Assembly (NCBI RefSeq): GCF_902459465.1
Contig: NC_047064.1
Location: 11,904,001 to 11,968,000 of the forward strand
DNA: 64,000 nt
Origin: Asterias rubens
Lineage: Eukaryota
Reading direction: 5' to 3'
Position 1 is the first letter of the stretch. Every line of letters begins with the position of its first letter. Positions 1-11,284 of the stretch are shown in pieces. The notes beneath the pieces were generated by a model, which made no database searches, was not told where the DNA came from, and worked only from the letters and a program-made list of their open reading frames with translations. The position numbers and the translations under genes were made by a program.

Positions 1-144
1 GTGTATCACAGGAGAAAATCAAGACCTCTTCCTCAAGAAGTTGTAGATATGACAACCAATCCTGAAATGTGCCTATCTTGTGAGAGCGACAGACCTGATC
101 ATGATCAAAGTAGTGAGTCATCAGATAGTGACACTTCATAGCAT
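1..144 (+). pseudogene. Probable exon remnant (acidic/Ser-rich), possibly an upstream exon of the DDE pseudogene at 6808-11284
   Basis: Frame 1 reads VYHRRKSRPLPQEVVDM...SSESSDSDTS*H and ends at a GTGAGT donor at 145. One in-frame TAG lies just before the donor. Linkage to the downstream pseudogene is inferred only. Confidence 0.3.
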
Positions 145-569
145 GTGAGTAAACGTCCTTTTCATTTCTATTACAGTTTTGATAACGGGGTTGTCCTGTG
201 TATGTTTATATCAAAAGTACAAGTAAAGTCTGTATATATTCCTTCACAACTGCCATGACTCAACCATCAATGGAACATCTGTTTTAGAAATAGATGCCGT
301 CATGACATTGCAGTTAAAAATTTGCATATTATTTAATCGTAAAAAAAAACACGATGTTAGCAATTTCCCCTGTTTGTTCTAATTTTTTATACTGAAAAGC
401 AATAATTTGTCACAATTTTACCGCGATAAACAGTCCATTACATCAGGACCAATCAAAAATCGGTATTTTGGTGACGTCATACTCCGATCTAATTATCACC
501 ATTGGATTCTACGGGTCGGAAAAGCTAAGTAGGTGAACCTTCCTGCACAAAACTTAATGATTTATATTT

Positions 570-2284
570 TTGGCGCACTTTCATCCCATTCTGGCCCACT
601 GTGTGGCGGTCGCCAGAGAGATTGGCAACGGGGTACAGACCCCTTGGGGCCCCGTCGGAACGCTACGTTCCGAAGGGTCGCCCTCTACTTCAGGGTTTAC
701 CCACTGCTCGTGTATTCCCGCCCCGCAGCCGACCTCCGACACTACAACGGAGTCTGCTCGGGGACGCCCCTCCAAAAAGGGCAAGAAAGCCCGCCCTCGT
801 AGTCCCAGCTCGAGCGGCTCTACCTCCGATCGTCCCCACCGTGACAAACGTCACAAGGGCGGGGACCCGATCTCGAGGGAGGAATTTTTGGAAGCTTTTC
901 ACACCCTCGCGGCCTCAATTACGGGTCGTCGCGAGGGTGGTGGACAAGGCCCGTCTGACTTGGCCACCGAACCGGTGCCCCACAGTCAGCACGGCCATGG
1001 GTGGCTTGCACCGGGCCAACGGGGACTCCCCCACACGGCTAGCCGTGCGCCGGATTCCCCCCCGGGTTTGCCACAACCGCCCGCTAACCCATACGTTCAG
1101 GGGCGTGTGGCTACCACCCAATGGGGACCCCCTCAGGGGGGCCCGCCATGCATCAGCCTGCACCCGTCGGCGGCCTTTGAATCCGACCATGGGCGCCGTG
1201 ATGATGCCGGTTCGGAATCCCGTTCTTCGATGACATCTCGTCCCTCCGACTCGGCCGACTCGGCCAATGAGGAGGACGAGTTGGTCAGCTCCATTCAACG
1301 GTTGTCAGTCTCCGAGACCGAGCTACGCTTGGTTCAGAGAGACATGATAAGAGTTATGAATCTCCCCTGTGAGCCGGAACCCCCCTCCGACGAACGCCAA
1401 TCGTTCAAGAAGAGGGCGGGCCCCGCAACGGGCGTGACTAAACCCTTCCCGGTGATGCCCCTGGATCGGGTGTGCAGCGACCGGATGGATGGGGTAATGG
1501 GAACGAAGAAACACCGTACTCCAAACGTACGGAGCCGTATTACCGTTTCCCTCCAGCGGATTTTCAGAAATATTTCGCCACTCCCGTTCTGCCGGACTCA
1601 GCCTCCGACAAGCTGATCGCGGACAGGGGATCATCATCTTCCAAGCTCCCGTTTGCGGACAAGATCCGCGGCAAATTGGAGGACGTCACCCGAAAAATGG
1701 ATTCTTCGGCACGCATGGGTATACGCACAACATCCTTTCTCCTGCTCCTATCAGAATATCTGGAGCAGGGGTGCGACGAGGAAAACATGGTGCCGGGGGA
1801 CATGATGATTGCGGCCCTTCATTGTTTGGACAACGGTCTTTGTTACATCCTCGACCAGTTCACTAAGATAACGACCCTGGCGACGACGTCACGCCGCCCC
1901 AATGTGCTAGATGCACTTTTCCTGCCATCAGACGGGGCGCATAAACGCCTTGACGATCTACCACTCACCGGCGCCGACTTATTTTCTGGGCAGTTTCAGA
2001 CGTCCATGGAGGCTGAAGCGAAGCGCCTCAAAGCCACGGACAAAATCAATCTGAAAAAGCCCAACGCCCCGCCTAAGGCCGTGGGTAACAAGGCGAAGAA
2101 ACAACCTTCATTCGTCATCCCCCATCGCCGCCAACAAAAGGCGGCCCGTGGCAGTTTTCGTGGCCGCGCCGATAACACGGCGGGCGCACGTTACCCACAG
2201 ACTCAACCTGGCCAACCACGCACCCAGTCTGGTCGTGGTTTCCGAGCGCCCGCCCCCCGATATACCGGGGCGTGGCGCAAGTGA
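570..2284 (+). pseudogene. DIRS gag-like ORF1, 5'-truncated, frameshift near 1515
   Basis: ORFs 570-1616 and 1472-2284 align consecutively to ORF 26483-28672 (RQSFKKR; FQTSMEAEAKRLKATDKINL; GAWRK*). Confidence 0.88.
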
Positions 2285-4357
2285 CTTGACAAACTCCGAG
2301 CGGCCTCCCACCGACGGACCCGTGGGGGGCCGCCTCCGGAATTTTCTGGGGTCCTGGGGGCAAGTGACCTCCAACCGGGTGGTCCTCGAAACGATCGGCC
2401 GCGGTTACGCGCTCGAGTTTACGAGGACCCCCCCGTCGGACATGCTCAGCCGGCCGACACCCGTGCCGTCCGACTTAGCAAAGCGCCGCTCCCTCGAGGG
2501 GGAAATAAACGCCCTCCTCCTCAAGGGGGCGGTGCGTATCGTCCCCCGTTCTGGGACTCAGACAGGCTTCATGTCAACCTTCTTCTTGACTCCCAAGAAG
2601 GAGGCTGGCGTGTGGCGCCCGATTTTGAACTTAAAACCCCTCAACAAGTTCATCCGTCCGAAGCGTTTCCGTATGGAGACGCTCAGGACTATACTGAGTT
2701 CCATAGTGCCACCCGCATGGGCGGCGAGTCTCGACCTGAAGGACGCATACCTACACGTCCCAGTCAGGCCGGAGCACCACAAATTCCTACGTTTCCTATA
2801 CAACGATACCCTGTACGAATTTGTGGTGCTCCCATTCGGACTCTCCACCGCACCTCGGGTGTTCACCCGCATTGTAAAGACAATCGGGGCGGCACTACGG
2901 AGGCGGGGCATCATGATATTTGTATATCTGGACGACTGGTTGGTCGTGGGCCGTTCTCGAGAGGAGACGAAGGCAGCGCTCCAATATACCTGGCGCCTGA
3001 CCTCAGACCTCGGATTCATAATCAATACCGAGAAATCCCACCTTATCCCCTCGCAGGTTCCCACCTTTCTGGGTGCGTCTCTCGACCTGCGCAGGGGATT
3101 GGCCCGCCCTTCGGAGGAACGCCTACTGAACCTTCGGCAGTGCGTTTCTCTCTTCCTCCCAGCAGTGGTGGCCCCAGCGCTGGCCTGGCTCAGACTGTTG
3201 GGCCTTATGGCCAGCATGGTGGATTTGGTGGACTTCTGCAGGTTGAGGATGAGGCCCATTCAACTTCACCTGCTCTCCTTTTACAGGCCCATCTGTCACC
3301 GAATCCACCACCCGGTGCCGACCACGCCCTGGCTAGTCCCCCACCTTCGCTGGTGGCTAGCCGATGCGAACATCTCGCAGGGCCGGGCCTTTCGTCCGCC
3401 CCCACCGTCGGTGACCGTCACGACCGACGCGTCACTCCTCGGCTGGGGGGGGCAACCCTCCACCCGCGTCAAATCGCAGGCGTGTGGGGTTCCGAACACC
3501 GATCGGCCCACATCAACGTCCTTGAAATGTTGGCAGTCTCCAAGGCACTACGGCATTTCCAGTCGGATGACAGGGGCCGTGCTGTCCTGGTGAGATGCGA
3601 CAACGCCACAGTCGTGGCCTACATCAATCACCAGGGGGGCACCCGGTCGGGTCGCCTGTGTGCACTGGCCTGGGACCTCATCCACTGGTGCACACTGTGG
3701 GGAACAGCACTATCAGCAGTACACATTCCGGGCGTAGAGAATGTCACAGCCGACGCTCTCTCAAGGGGCTGGATTGCCCCCACGGAGTGGTCCCTTCTCC
3801 CACAGGTGGCTCGGTCGCTCTTCCACTTGATCGACCGGCCACACGTGGACCTGTTCGCCTCCCATGCGAACCACCAGTTGCCGATCTACTGCGCAAGGGG
3901 CCCAGACCCCAATGCATGGAAGATCGACGCTCTATCAGTAGAATGGGACGGCCTACTGGCTTATGCGTTCCCACCCATCTCGCTCGTCTCTCGGGTTCTG
4001 ACCAAGATCGAGAAAGAGGATTGCCGGGTCCTTCTCATAGCCCCGTTCTGGCCCCGCCAACCGTGGTTCCCACGACTCATCAGGTTACTGGTCCACCGTC
4101 CGGTGATCCTACCAGGGCGAGCGGATCTCCTGTACCAGCCCAGTTCGGGGATGGTCCATTCGGCTCCGGGGGATCTTCACCTGACGTGCTGGGTGCTGTC
4201 ACGCGATCCCTCCGCTCAGCAGGCCTTTCGCAACGGGCTGCAACAATCGCAGCCCAGTCACGACGGGCCTCCACCAGGAAGGTATACAACAGCCGACTAC
4301 GCCATTTCTTTAAATGGTGTGGCCGGGAATCCCTCCATCCTACCAATATTTCTGTAG
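2285..4357 (+). pseudogene. DIRS reverse transcriptase/RNase H/adenine-methyltransferase-like ORF, frameshifted at the G8 run 3445-3452
   Basis: RT motifs DLKDAY, LPFGLSTAP and YLDD and RNase H motif TTDAS are in ORF 2148-3593. HINVLE, RCDN, ADALSR, VDLFAS and AYAFPP continue in ORF 2612-4357. Confidence 0.93.
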
Positions 4358-5238
4358 GGGAGGTGGGGGATTTCCTGGTGTATCTCCTAGATAGCGGCCT
4401 GACGACCGGTACGGTCAGAAATTACAGGTCAGCCGTCGCTGCGATCCACCCCGGATTCCCAGACGGTTCCTCCGTCTCAGACAACGGGGCCCTTAGCCAG
4501 TTGATTAAGGGGATGTTTGTCACCCGTCCCCCAGAACGCAAACTCGTCCCGTCTTGGGACCTGTTCGACATTCTGTCAACCTTAGCAGGGCCTCCTTACG
4601 AGCCTATGGATTGCTCCACACTCCTACAGCTCTCAGTCAAGTTGGCGTTTCTCCTGGCCGTCGCTACTTCGCGACGGCGCAGTGAGCTGCACGCCCTGTC
4701 GGTAGAGACCGGACATATCCGATGGGAACCAGGCGGAGTCCGCCTGGTCCCCACGACCGGCTTTTTAACCAAGAACCAGTCAAGTTCCTTCACGCCCCCG
4801 GATATTTTTGTCCCGGACATCAAGTCCTTTTCATCAGAGGCGAAGGACAAACTGTGGTGCCCCGTCCGGGCACTTAAGTGGTACTTGAATCGTACGAAGT
4901 CGCTTCGTACGGACCATAAAAAGCTGTTCGTGATGACAACACCGCCCTTTCGGCCGGTGTCACAGTGCACCATCTCACGATGGATCGTGACTGCCATCCG
5001 CTCCATGCCGGGCGGCTGGCCGGCGACCGAGAATACGATTCGGGCGCATGATGTTAGGGGGGTATCCGCCTCTTGGGCCTTCTTTAAAGGGGTTCCCTTA
5101 GCAGATATCACCAAGGCGGCCTGCTGGAAGTGTCCTAACACCTTCAGCGACCTCTTCCTGAAGGATGTCCTCCAGACAGACGGCAGAGCCGGGAGAGAAG
5201 TGCTGAAGACGGCCAGTCAAGCTTCCCAGAAACGCTAA
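3595..5238 (+). CDS. DIRS tyrosine recombinase (547 aa); catalytic Tyr position is Phe
   Basis: Motifs RRSELHAL, FLTKNQ, AHDVR and ACWKCPNTFSDLFLKD; aligns to the YR at 28739-31630. Confidence 0.9.
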   Translation: MRQRHSRGLHQSPGGHPVGSPVCTGLGPHPLVHTVGNSTISSTHSGRRECHSRRSLKGLDCPHGVVPSPTGGSVALPLDRPATRGPVRLPCEPPVADLLRKGPRPQCMEDRRSISRMGRPTGLCVPTHLARLSGSDQDRERGLPGPSHSPVLAPPTVVPTTHQVTGPPSGDPTRASGSPVPAQFGDGPFGSGGSSPDVLGAVTRSLRSAGLSQRAATIAAQSRRASTRKVYNSRLRHFFKWCGRESLHPTNISVGEVGDFLVYLLDSGLTTGTVRNYRSAVAAIHPGFPDGSSVSDNGALSQLIKGMFVTRPPERKLVPSWDLFDILSTLAGPPYEPMDCSTLLQLSVKLAFLLAVATSRRRSELHALSVETGHIRWEPGGVRLVPTTGFLTKNQSSSFTPPDIFVPDIKSFSSEAKDKLWCPVRALKWYLNRTKSLRTDHKKLFVMTTPPFRPVSQCTISRWIVTAIRSMPGGWPATENTIRAHDVRGVSASWAFFKGVPLADITKAACWKCPNTFSDLFLKDVLQTDGRAGREVLKTASQASQKR

Positions 5239-5602
5239 CTGGTGAGTCCACTTTCCTCTCTTATACATGTAATAATTTATATATTACCTATGTGCATTGG
5301 ACATTTAACGAGGTGTACCTATTATGTTTTTACCCCATAATGGCGATACCCCCTAAGGTCTTGCGCACGATTCGCGGGCCCCCAGGGCCGCGCGCGTCAT
5401 TCTCGCGGTTCCACGCGCTTGGACCGACCTGTTAACCCTGGTCCGGCCCTCTGTTGCGTAGCCCGTCTCTGGCCCCTTGGCGCCCGCTTACCGGCGGGCA
5501 GGCTAGGGCCCTCCATTGGGGTTCTTAGGCACGCCCCGTGTCCTACGCCCCTGTAGACATACGATAGCCTGCGTATACCCACCGCCTACTCGGTGCGAGT
5601 CT

Positions 5603-5945
5603 ATGCAATTGTAGTATTCGCTCTACAGGTAAGTAGAGTGAAGTAGACCCCCACCCCACAGTAGTGTGGGTGGGTCTACGAGCGAATACTTACCTGTAGA
5701 GCACCCTCCCTCCTACCCCACTATACGAGTGGTTCTTGAGTACTTAGGCGCGTATCGCTTGACGAAAAAGAGGACGCCGACGTGTTGCGCATGTCACAGG
5801 GCGTTGGGGATAGGACTCTTGAGGGCGCTATTGTGTGTAAAACTCTTAGCTTTTGCCTGCCGGCATAGGGAACAATGCAATTGTAGTATTCGCTCTACAG
5901 GTAAGTATTTGCTCGTAGACCCACCCACACTACTGTGGGGTGGGG
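5603..5945 (+). repeat. DIRS-A ICR (5603-5702) and right ITR with extension (~5761-5945)
   Basis: 5649-5702 is the reverse complement of 5892-5945 apart from one mismatch. ATGCAATTGTAGTATTCGCTCTACAGGTAAGTA occurs at 5603 and again at ~5875. Confidence 0.92.
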
Positions 5946-6807
5946 AATTACATTAAATTACTTGGCACTAGTTTGGCACGATTTTTTGCTTGTCTGTACA
6001 CAGAGACATGAACATTTTACCGACTGGCACAAACAAAATAAGTTATAAATTAAAATGAACAAAAAACCTCCTGAAGAAAGACCAACTCGACCGATCCAAG
6101 GCAACGTGTTCCTTGATCCTTTGTGCAGTTTGTATTCATTGTTTAACATTTAAAACACTATTCAGGCTTTTAATGTTTCATCCTTCCTTTTCCTTAGGAG
6201 AAAAAAATAAATCACTAAGGCCTAAGTTCATGCCATTGAAAACGAGATGGCCTAAACCTTTATATTAATTCTCTTTTGTCAATTTTAGCATGGAGTTAGG
6301 CTACCTCTATGATGTTTTAGGCAACAAAACAAATTTCAGGATAAAAAGAAGAGGACGCGGGCCTCTTTATTTTTTATTTGTTTCAAGTGGCCGCCAAGCA
6401 TTTCAATTCAAACTGGACATAAATTATTCAGTTCAAAGGCCTTCTTTATGTTGTTACAAGTTGTTGAAAGATTAGTAAATTTAATGACAAATTCACAGAA
6501 AGATGACAGAAAAAGTAAACATTTGTGACTGCTATTTTAAATTTATTTTGTACATCATATTTCTTGGGGCTGATCGTAAACATGTACCATGCATGTATTT
6601 ATGCATTACATTTGGACTCGGACAGTCCGTTTAATACGGAATGTACGGAATATTTCACTTTACGAAATCCTTTAACTTACAGACATTTTTTTACAGTGTA
6701 CATTTAAAAAATGCACTGATAATTGTAAAACCAAAGTATTGTTGGATTTTGAGAGTAGTCTTTGCTTAGTAATAACATTATACACATTTTGTTTCCCTTT
6801 TCTGCAG

Positions 6808-7121
6808 ACTCCCTTTTAGAGGCCAGGCCACCATTGTCAGCAGGAGCCCACAAAATCCCTGTCACATTTCATCACACATGAATGCCATCATCAACGCCAA
6901 CAGGTGCAAGATGGGCATTCATTGCTTGTACTGCTTGCTGATGGTGGCCCAGACTTCAACATTAATCATGTGGTTAATGAGATGTACTATGGCCACCTCT
7001 TCAAGCAGTGCAAGCTGGATGCCCTACTTGTAACCAGCTATGTAACCAGGGACATTTGGCTCTCAACCCAGTCGAACGTTTGTGGTCACTGTGCACACGA
7101 GCTTTGACATCATTGTCAATC
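6808..7121 (+). pseudogene. Degenerate DDE transposase-like gene (Zator/TP36/IS630-like), 5' part
   Basis: Polypyrimidine-CAG acceptor at 6807. Frameshifted peptides LLVLLADGGPDFNINH...LDALLVTSY and LALNPVERLWSLCTRALTSLSI. Confidence 0.6.
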
Positions 7122-10100
7122 TACAACAGGTACCGTCTGATCGCGCGGGTCACACGTGGCGTTCAGCGCTCCCGAGTTTTTAAACAGTTTTAAACTGTTT
7201 CTGCTGTCATGTCTTCTGTGCCATTTGTTTTCGCCAGTCTGTGAGTGTTTGTGAACGTTGCTGTCTTCAGTTTTTTAATCAGTCTTCGAGGAATTGCGAA
7301 GGAAATCGACTTTAGAATGATTCCAGGTATGAATGAGAATAACATGTTTCACGCTATGCACAACGTGGTGTTAGCACTGAGTAAAATAAATAGCCTCGCT
7401 GGTACCCAGCATTTTGACTCTGTACAATCAACGTATCAAAGCTGTGACTTTATCACCGGCGAAAATATTCACGTTCAGATATCATAAGCCTCAGACCAAG
7501 CAACGTGTGGAACACTTTGAAGTCTTTGAACCTCTGCAAGGGGAAGAAAAAACGGACTAAAAGTGGTAAGCGTGGTGGAGTGAAGCACCAATATGCCTTC
7601 ACACAAAGAATAGAAGTTATTATTTCACCATGTAGAACACAATGGCCTTGGGTTATATCGTCCTGCCTTCTACAACAGACCTCAACAATCTCATTTCTGT
7701 TAAAACTGAAACTAGACGTCAACGGCAAGCCGATCCCTTACACTTCCATCATTTACCCTTTTAAACGCCAGATCACTTGTTAAGAGGACTGATGAATTGT
7801 CAACGATCCTGAATATTAATAAAATAGACATTGCAGCAGTCTCCGAAACCTGGTTTCCAGCTAACATTGACACTAGCCATTTTGACATCCCTGGCTTTAA
7901 CTTGTATAGCAGACCAAGGAAACACAAGAGAGGAGGGGGTGTTGCCCTCTATGTACGGGAGAGCATACAAACGATAAATCTGCAGATCATTAACGTACCG
8001 GATGAACTTGAAGTACAATGGATTTGGGCGCGACCCCCACGTCTACCAAGAACAGTTTCTGGGCTTTTAGTTGCCGTACTCTATCACCCACCATCATCAC
8101 CATACGAAGACTTACTTATTGAACACCTTGTTACAACACTGGACACGCTTCAAATAAAATACCCATCGTCTGGTATAGCCATCCTTGGGGACTTTAACAA
8201 TCTCGACACTGATACCATCAGTCGGTTAACTGGCTTGGTCCAGGTTGTTAATGCTCCTACAAGAGGACAAGCCATTCTCCACAAGATCCTAACTAATTTA
8301 AAGAGTCACTACAATGTTCCCCAGATAAATTCACCCATCGGTTTGAGTGACCATAGCACAGTCCTGTGGCTTCATTTTAACTACTCTCACAAGTCTAATG
8401 CCATCCAACGCCGGACTGTTCGACCTCTCAGAGATTCGGATAAACGTCAGTTTGGACAGTGGATCACAAGTTTCGACTGGAATGATGTTATTGCAGCCCC
8501 AACAACGAGTACTAAAGTAGAAGAATTTTACCAATCTCTGCAGAAAGCCTTGGATAAGTACTTTCCTACTCGTACTATCACTGTTCATAACAGTGATAAG
8601 CAGTGGATGACTCCTGAGTTAAAAACTCTTATTGTTAAACGACAAAGGGCTTTTAACTGTGGTAAATTGAATCTTTGGAAATTACTTCGTAATAAGATCA
8701 TTAGACTTATCAAGTTAGCCAGGTCTGCATTTTTCAGCTCTAGTGTTTCAAAGCTTAGCATTAGTAACCCTAGGCAGTGGCACAAACAAATTAAGAAAAT
8801 GACAGGTGTTAAGGTGTTACTCTACCTGGTAGAGATTGCTAACAAAATAAACAAACAATTTACCTCCATTGCTGTTGATATTCCTACTCTAGATCTCGAT
8901 AATTTACCTGCTTACTTACCGTCTGCATCATCAGTCCCCGCTGTAACACTTCAAATGGTTTTTAACAAGCTGAAAAAGGTCAAGTTAGGTAAATCTGGAG
9001 GGCCAGACTGCCTTCCACCACGCATAATTAAAGAGTTTGCCTATGAGTTATTCTTTCCTTTGGCCAATATTTTTAATTGTTCTCTTTGTGAAGGTGTAGT
9101 TCCTGAAATTTGGAAAAAGGCTTTTGTTGTACCGGTCCCTAAGACTAATCATCCAACCATTGATACTCTGCGCCCCATCTTACTCACTTGTATTTTCTCT
9201 AAGGTGTTCGAAGAGTTTGTTGTGGAATGGATCCTTAGTGACATACAGTCTTTCATTGACAAATTTCAATTTGGTTCTTTGAAAGGATCCTCTACATTTA
9301 CATCCCACTGTTTGGTCAAACTCCTGGACGATATACATTGTGTTCTTGATAAACCAAATAATTCTGCTGTGTTGATAGCCACTGATTTTAGTAAGGCATT
9401 TGATAGAGTTGACCACAACTTAGTTATTAATAAATTTATTAAGCTTGGGGTCAGAACTTCCTTAATTCCTTGGCTATGTGGATTTTTATCAGATCGTCTT
9501 CAGGCTGTTAGATATAAGGGTGATATTTCTGATTGGGAGAGATTGCATCTGGAGTTCCCCAAGGAACAAAAATTGGGCCCATTGCCTTTTTAGTAATGAT
9601 CAATGATTTTGTTCCTGATCTTCCAGCGGTCAAACATTACAAATATGTCGATGACCTGACTTTAAGTCAGACCCTCTCTAATCCTAACGAGAGCTCCAAT
9701 ATGCAAAATGTGCTTAATGACCTAAATCACTGGACTGATCTGAATAAAATGAAACTTAATCCCGCCAAATGCCAGTACATGAATATCAGTTTTCAACGTA
9801 ACCAACCTGATCCACCCACTTTTGACATTTTAGATTCTCACATTAATCAAACTGATTGTTTGAAATTGTTGGGTATTTATATACAGAGTAATTTGAAGTG
9901 GGATTCCCAAGTGAACAACATGTATGGTAATTTTAACAGTTGACTGTTCTCTTAAGGCAAGCTTAAACGTTGTTTTATTTCTGTCAAGGATCTGTTAACT
10001 GTATATGTTATGTATGTCCAACCCACTATCGAATACGCCTGTCCTGTCTGGTACTCTGGACTTACTAAAACACAACTCATAACCCTTGAAAGGTTACAAA

Positions 10101-10667
10101 AAAGGGCTTTTCGTATCATTCTGGCTGGTCAGCCAAATACACCAACATCATACATGTACATGTATGTGGAAATATGCCAATTGTTCAGTTTACCTACAAT
10201 CACTGATAGACTGAGCAATTTATTTGTAAATTTTGGTAAGACCTTGTTTGAATCTGAAAATTACAGGCACTGGCTCCCACCAAACAAAAACAACAACTTG
10301 CGGAATGCCAACAAAATGTGCCCCCCAAAATGCAGAACTGGTCGTTACAAAAACAGTTGCATTCCATCCCTTGTCCAAGCACTCAACAATTGATTTTTGT
10401 TCACTCAGCTGGCTTGCCTTTTGTCCCCAACCCTTCGCCTTGTTCCTTTAATATGACTTGCTGTGCAATTTTTTGTTTTATCTAATTTGTTACTGGCACT
10501 AGCCAGTTTGCCCTTTTAATGTATAAAAACAAATTGTAATTCTTAATGTTTTTTTGTAATTTTTAAACATTTTGAATTTTTATTAATCTCTGTATTTTAA
10601 ACTCAATTCAGCTTGTAGCTGCGATGTTTGAATGTGTTTTAATAAACCAATAATAAAAAATATCAAA
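7122..10667 (+). mobile_element. Non-LTR retrotransposon (CR1/L2 group LINE), near full-length ORF2 with frameshifts
   Basis: APE motifs (AVSETW, GGGVALYV, ILGDFN, SDH) and RT motifs (DFSKAFDRVDH, GVPQGTKIGP, YVDD) across ORFs 7797-9593, 9533-9943 and 10010-10393. 3' tail CAATTCAGCTTGTAGCTGCG...AATAAA plus A-rich end. Confidence 0.93.
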
Positions 10668-10671
10668 AATC

Positions 10672-11284
10672 CCTGCCAATCTGCCTGGCGAACTCCCACC
10701 TTGCCAGCAGAGACAATTGAGTGCTGATGAACGTGTTGCCAAGGAGAAAACTGTTTTCGACAACGCCATGGCCCGTATTAACCACTACTGGGCATGCTGG
10801 GAGAACACTAAATATGCCGATAAACGTATTACTTTGTCTGCCATACCAAGTGGGTCAGATGAAGGACCATTCAAAGATTTTGGACAGGTACATGCTGCAG
10901 TGCGTCATCAGCTACAAGGTTGCGAGAGGTCCGCTCAGTGTATGACTAATTTTAATTCGTCATGCGACATATGGATTGGCGCATTGGCATGGTCTTGTTT
11001 GCTAAATGCACCGATCCAGCATGTCAACACTGCGTGTCCAATCCACCTGTAAATGATGAGATGCTGCAGTTTGTATGGAATTTCCCAACCCCGAAACCTT
11101 CTTCCAGTCATCCTGGTCATTTCTTGACATTTCTTGAAACTTTGCACCAACCCAGGGACTTGCCCTGTGAACACATGCCTTTGTTCCAGGACAAGAACCT
11201 GGGAAGGTGTGAAGTTGTAAATATGTATTTACAAGTAAGAAAGACAAGGATGACCACCGGAAGAAGGTTCATCCTCATAGATAA
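10672..11284 (+). pseudogene. Degenerate DDE transposase-like gene, 3' part ending in a C2H2 zinc finger
   Basis: Resumes as PANLPGELPPCQQRQLSADERVAKEKTVFDNA after the LINE. Ends GRCE/(frameshift)CKYVFTSKKDKDDHRKKVHPHR*. Confidence 0.6.

Larger units (their letters stand above)
570..5945 (+). mobile_element. DIRS1-like YR retrotransposon, family A; 5'-truncated and defective
   Basis: gag-like, RT/RNaseH/MT and YR ORFs homologous to the element at 26084-32127. The 3' end has an ICR and a right ITR with extension. No left ITR is found upstream; GC-rich sequence starts abruptly near 570. Confidence 0.95.

Noticed and set aside
2558-3259. Antisense ORFs within the DIRS elements (also 4596-5141, 26651-27220, 27919-28425)
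   Set aside because: Expected in GC-rich coding DNA; no motifs, and extent is not conserved between the two families.
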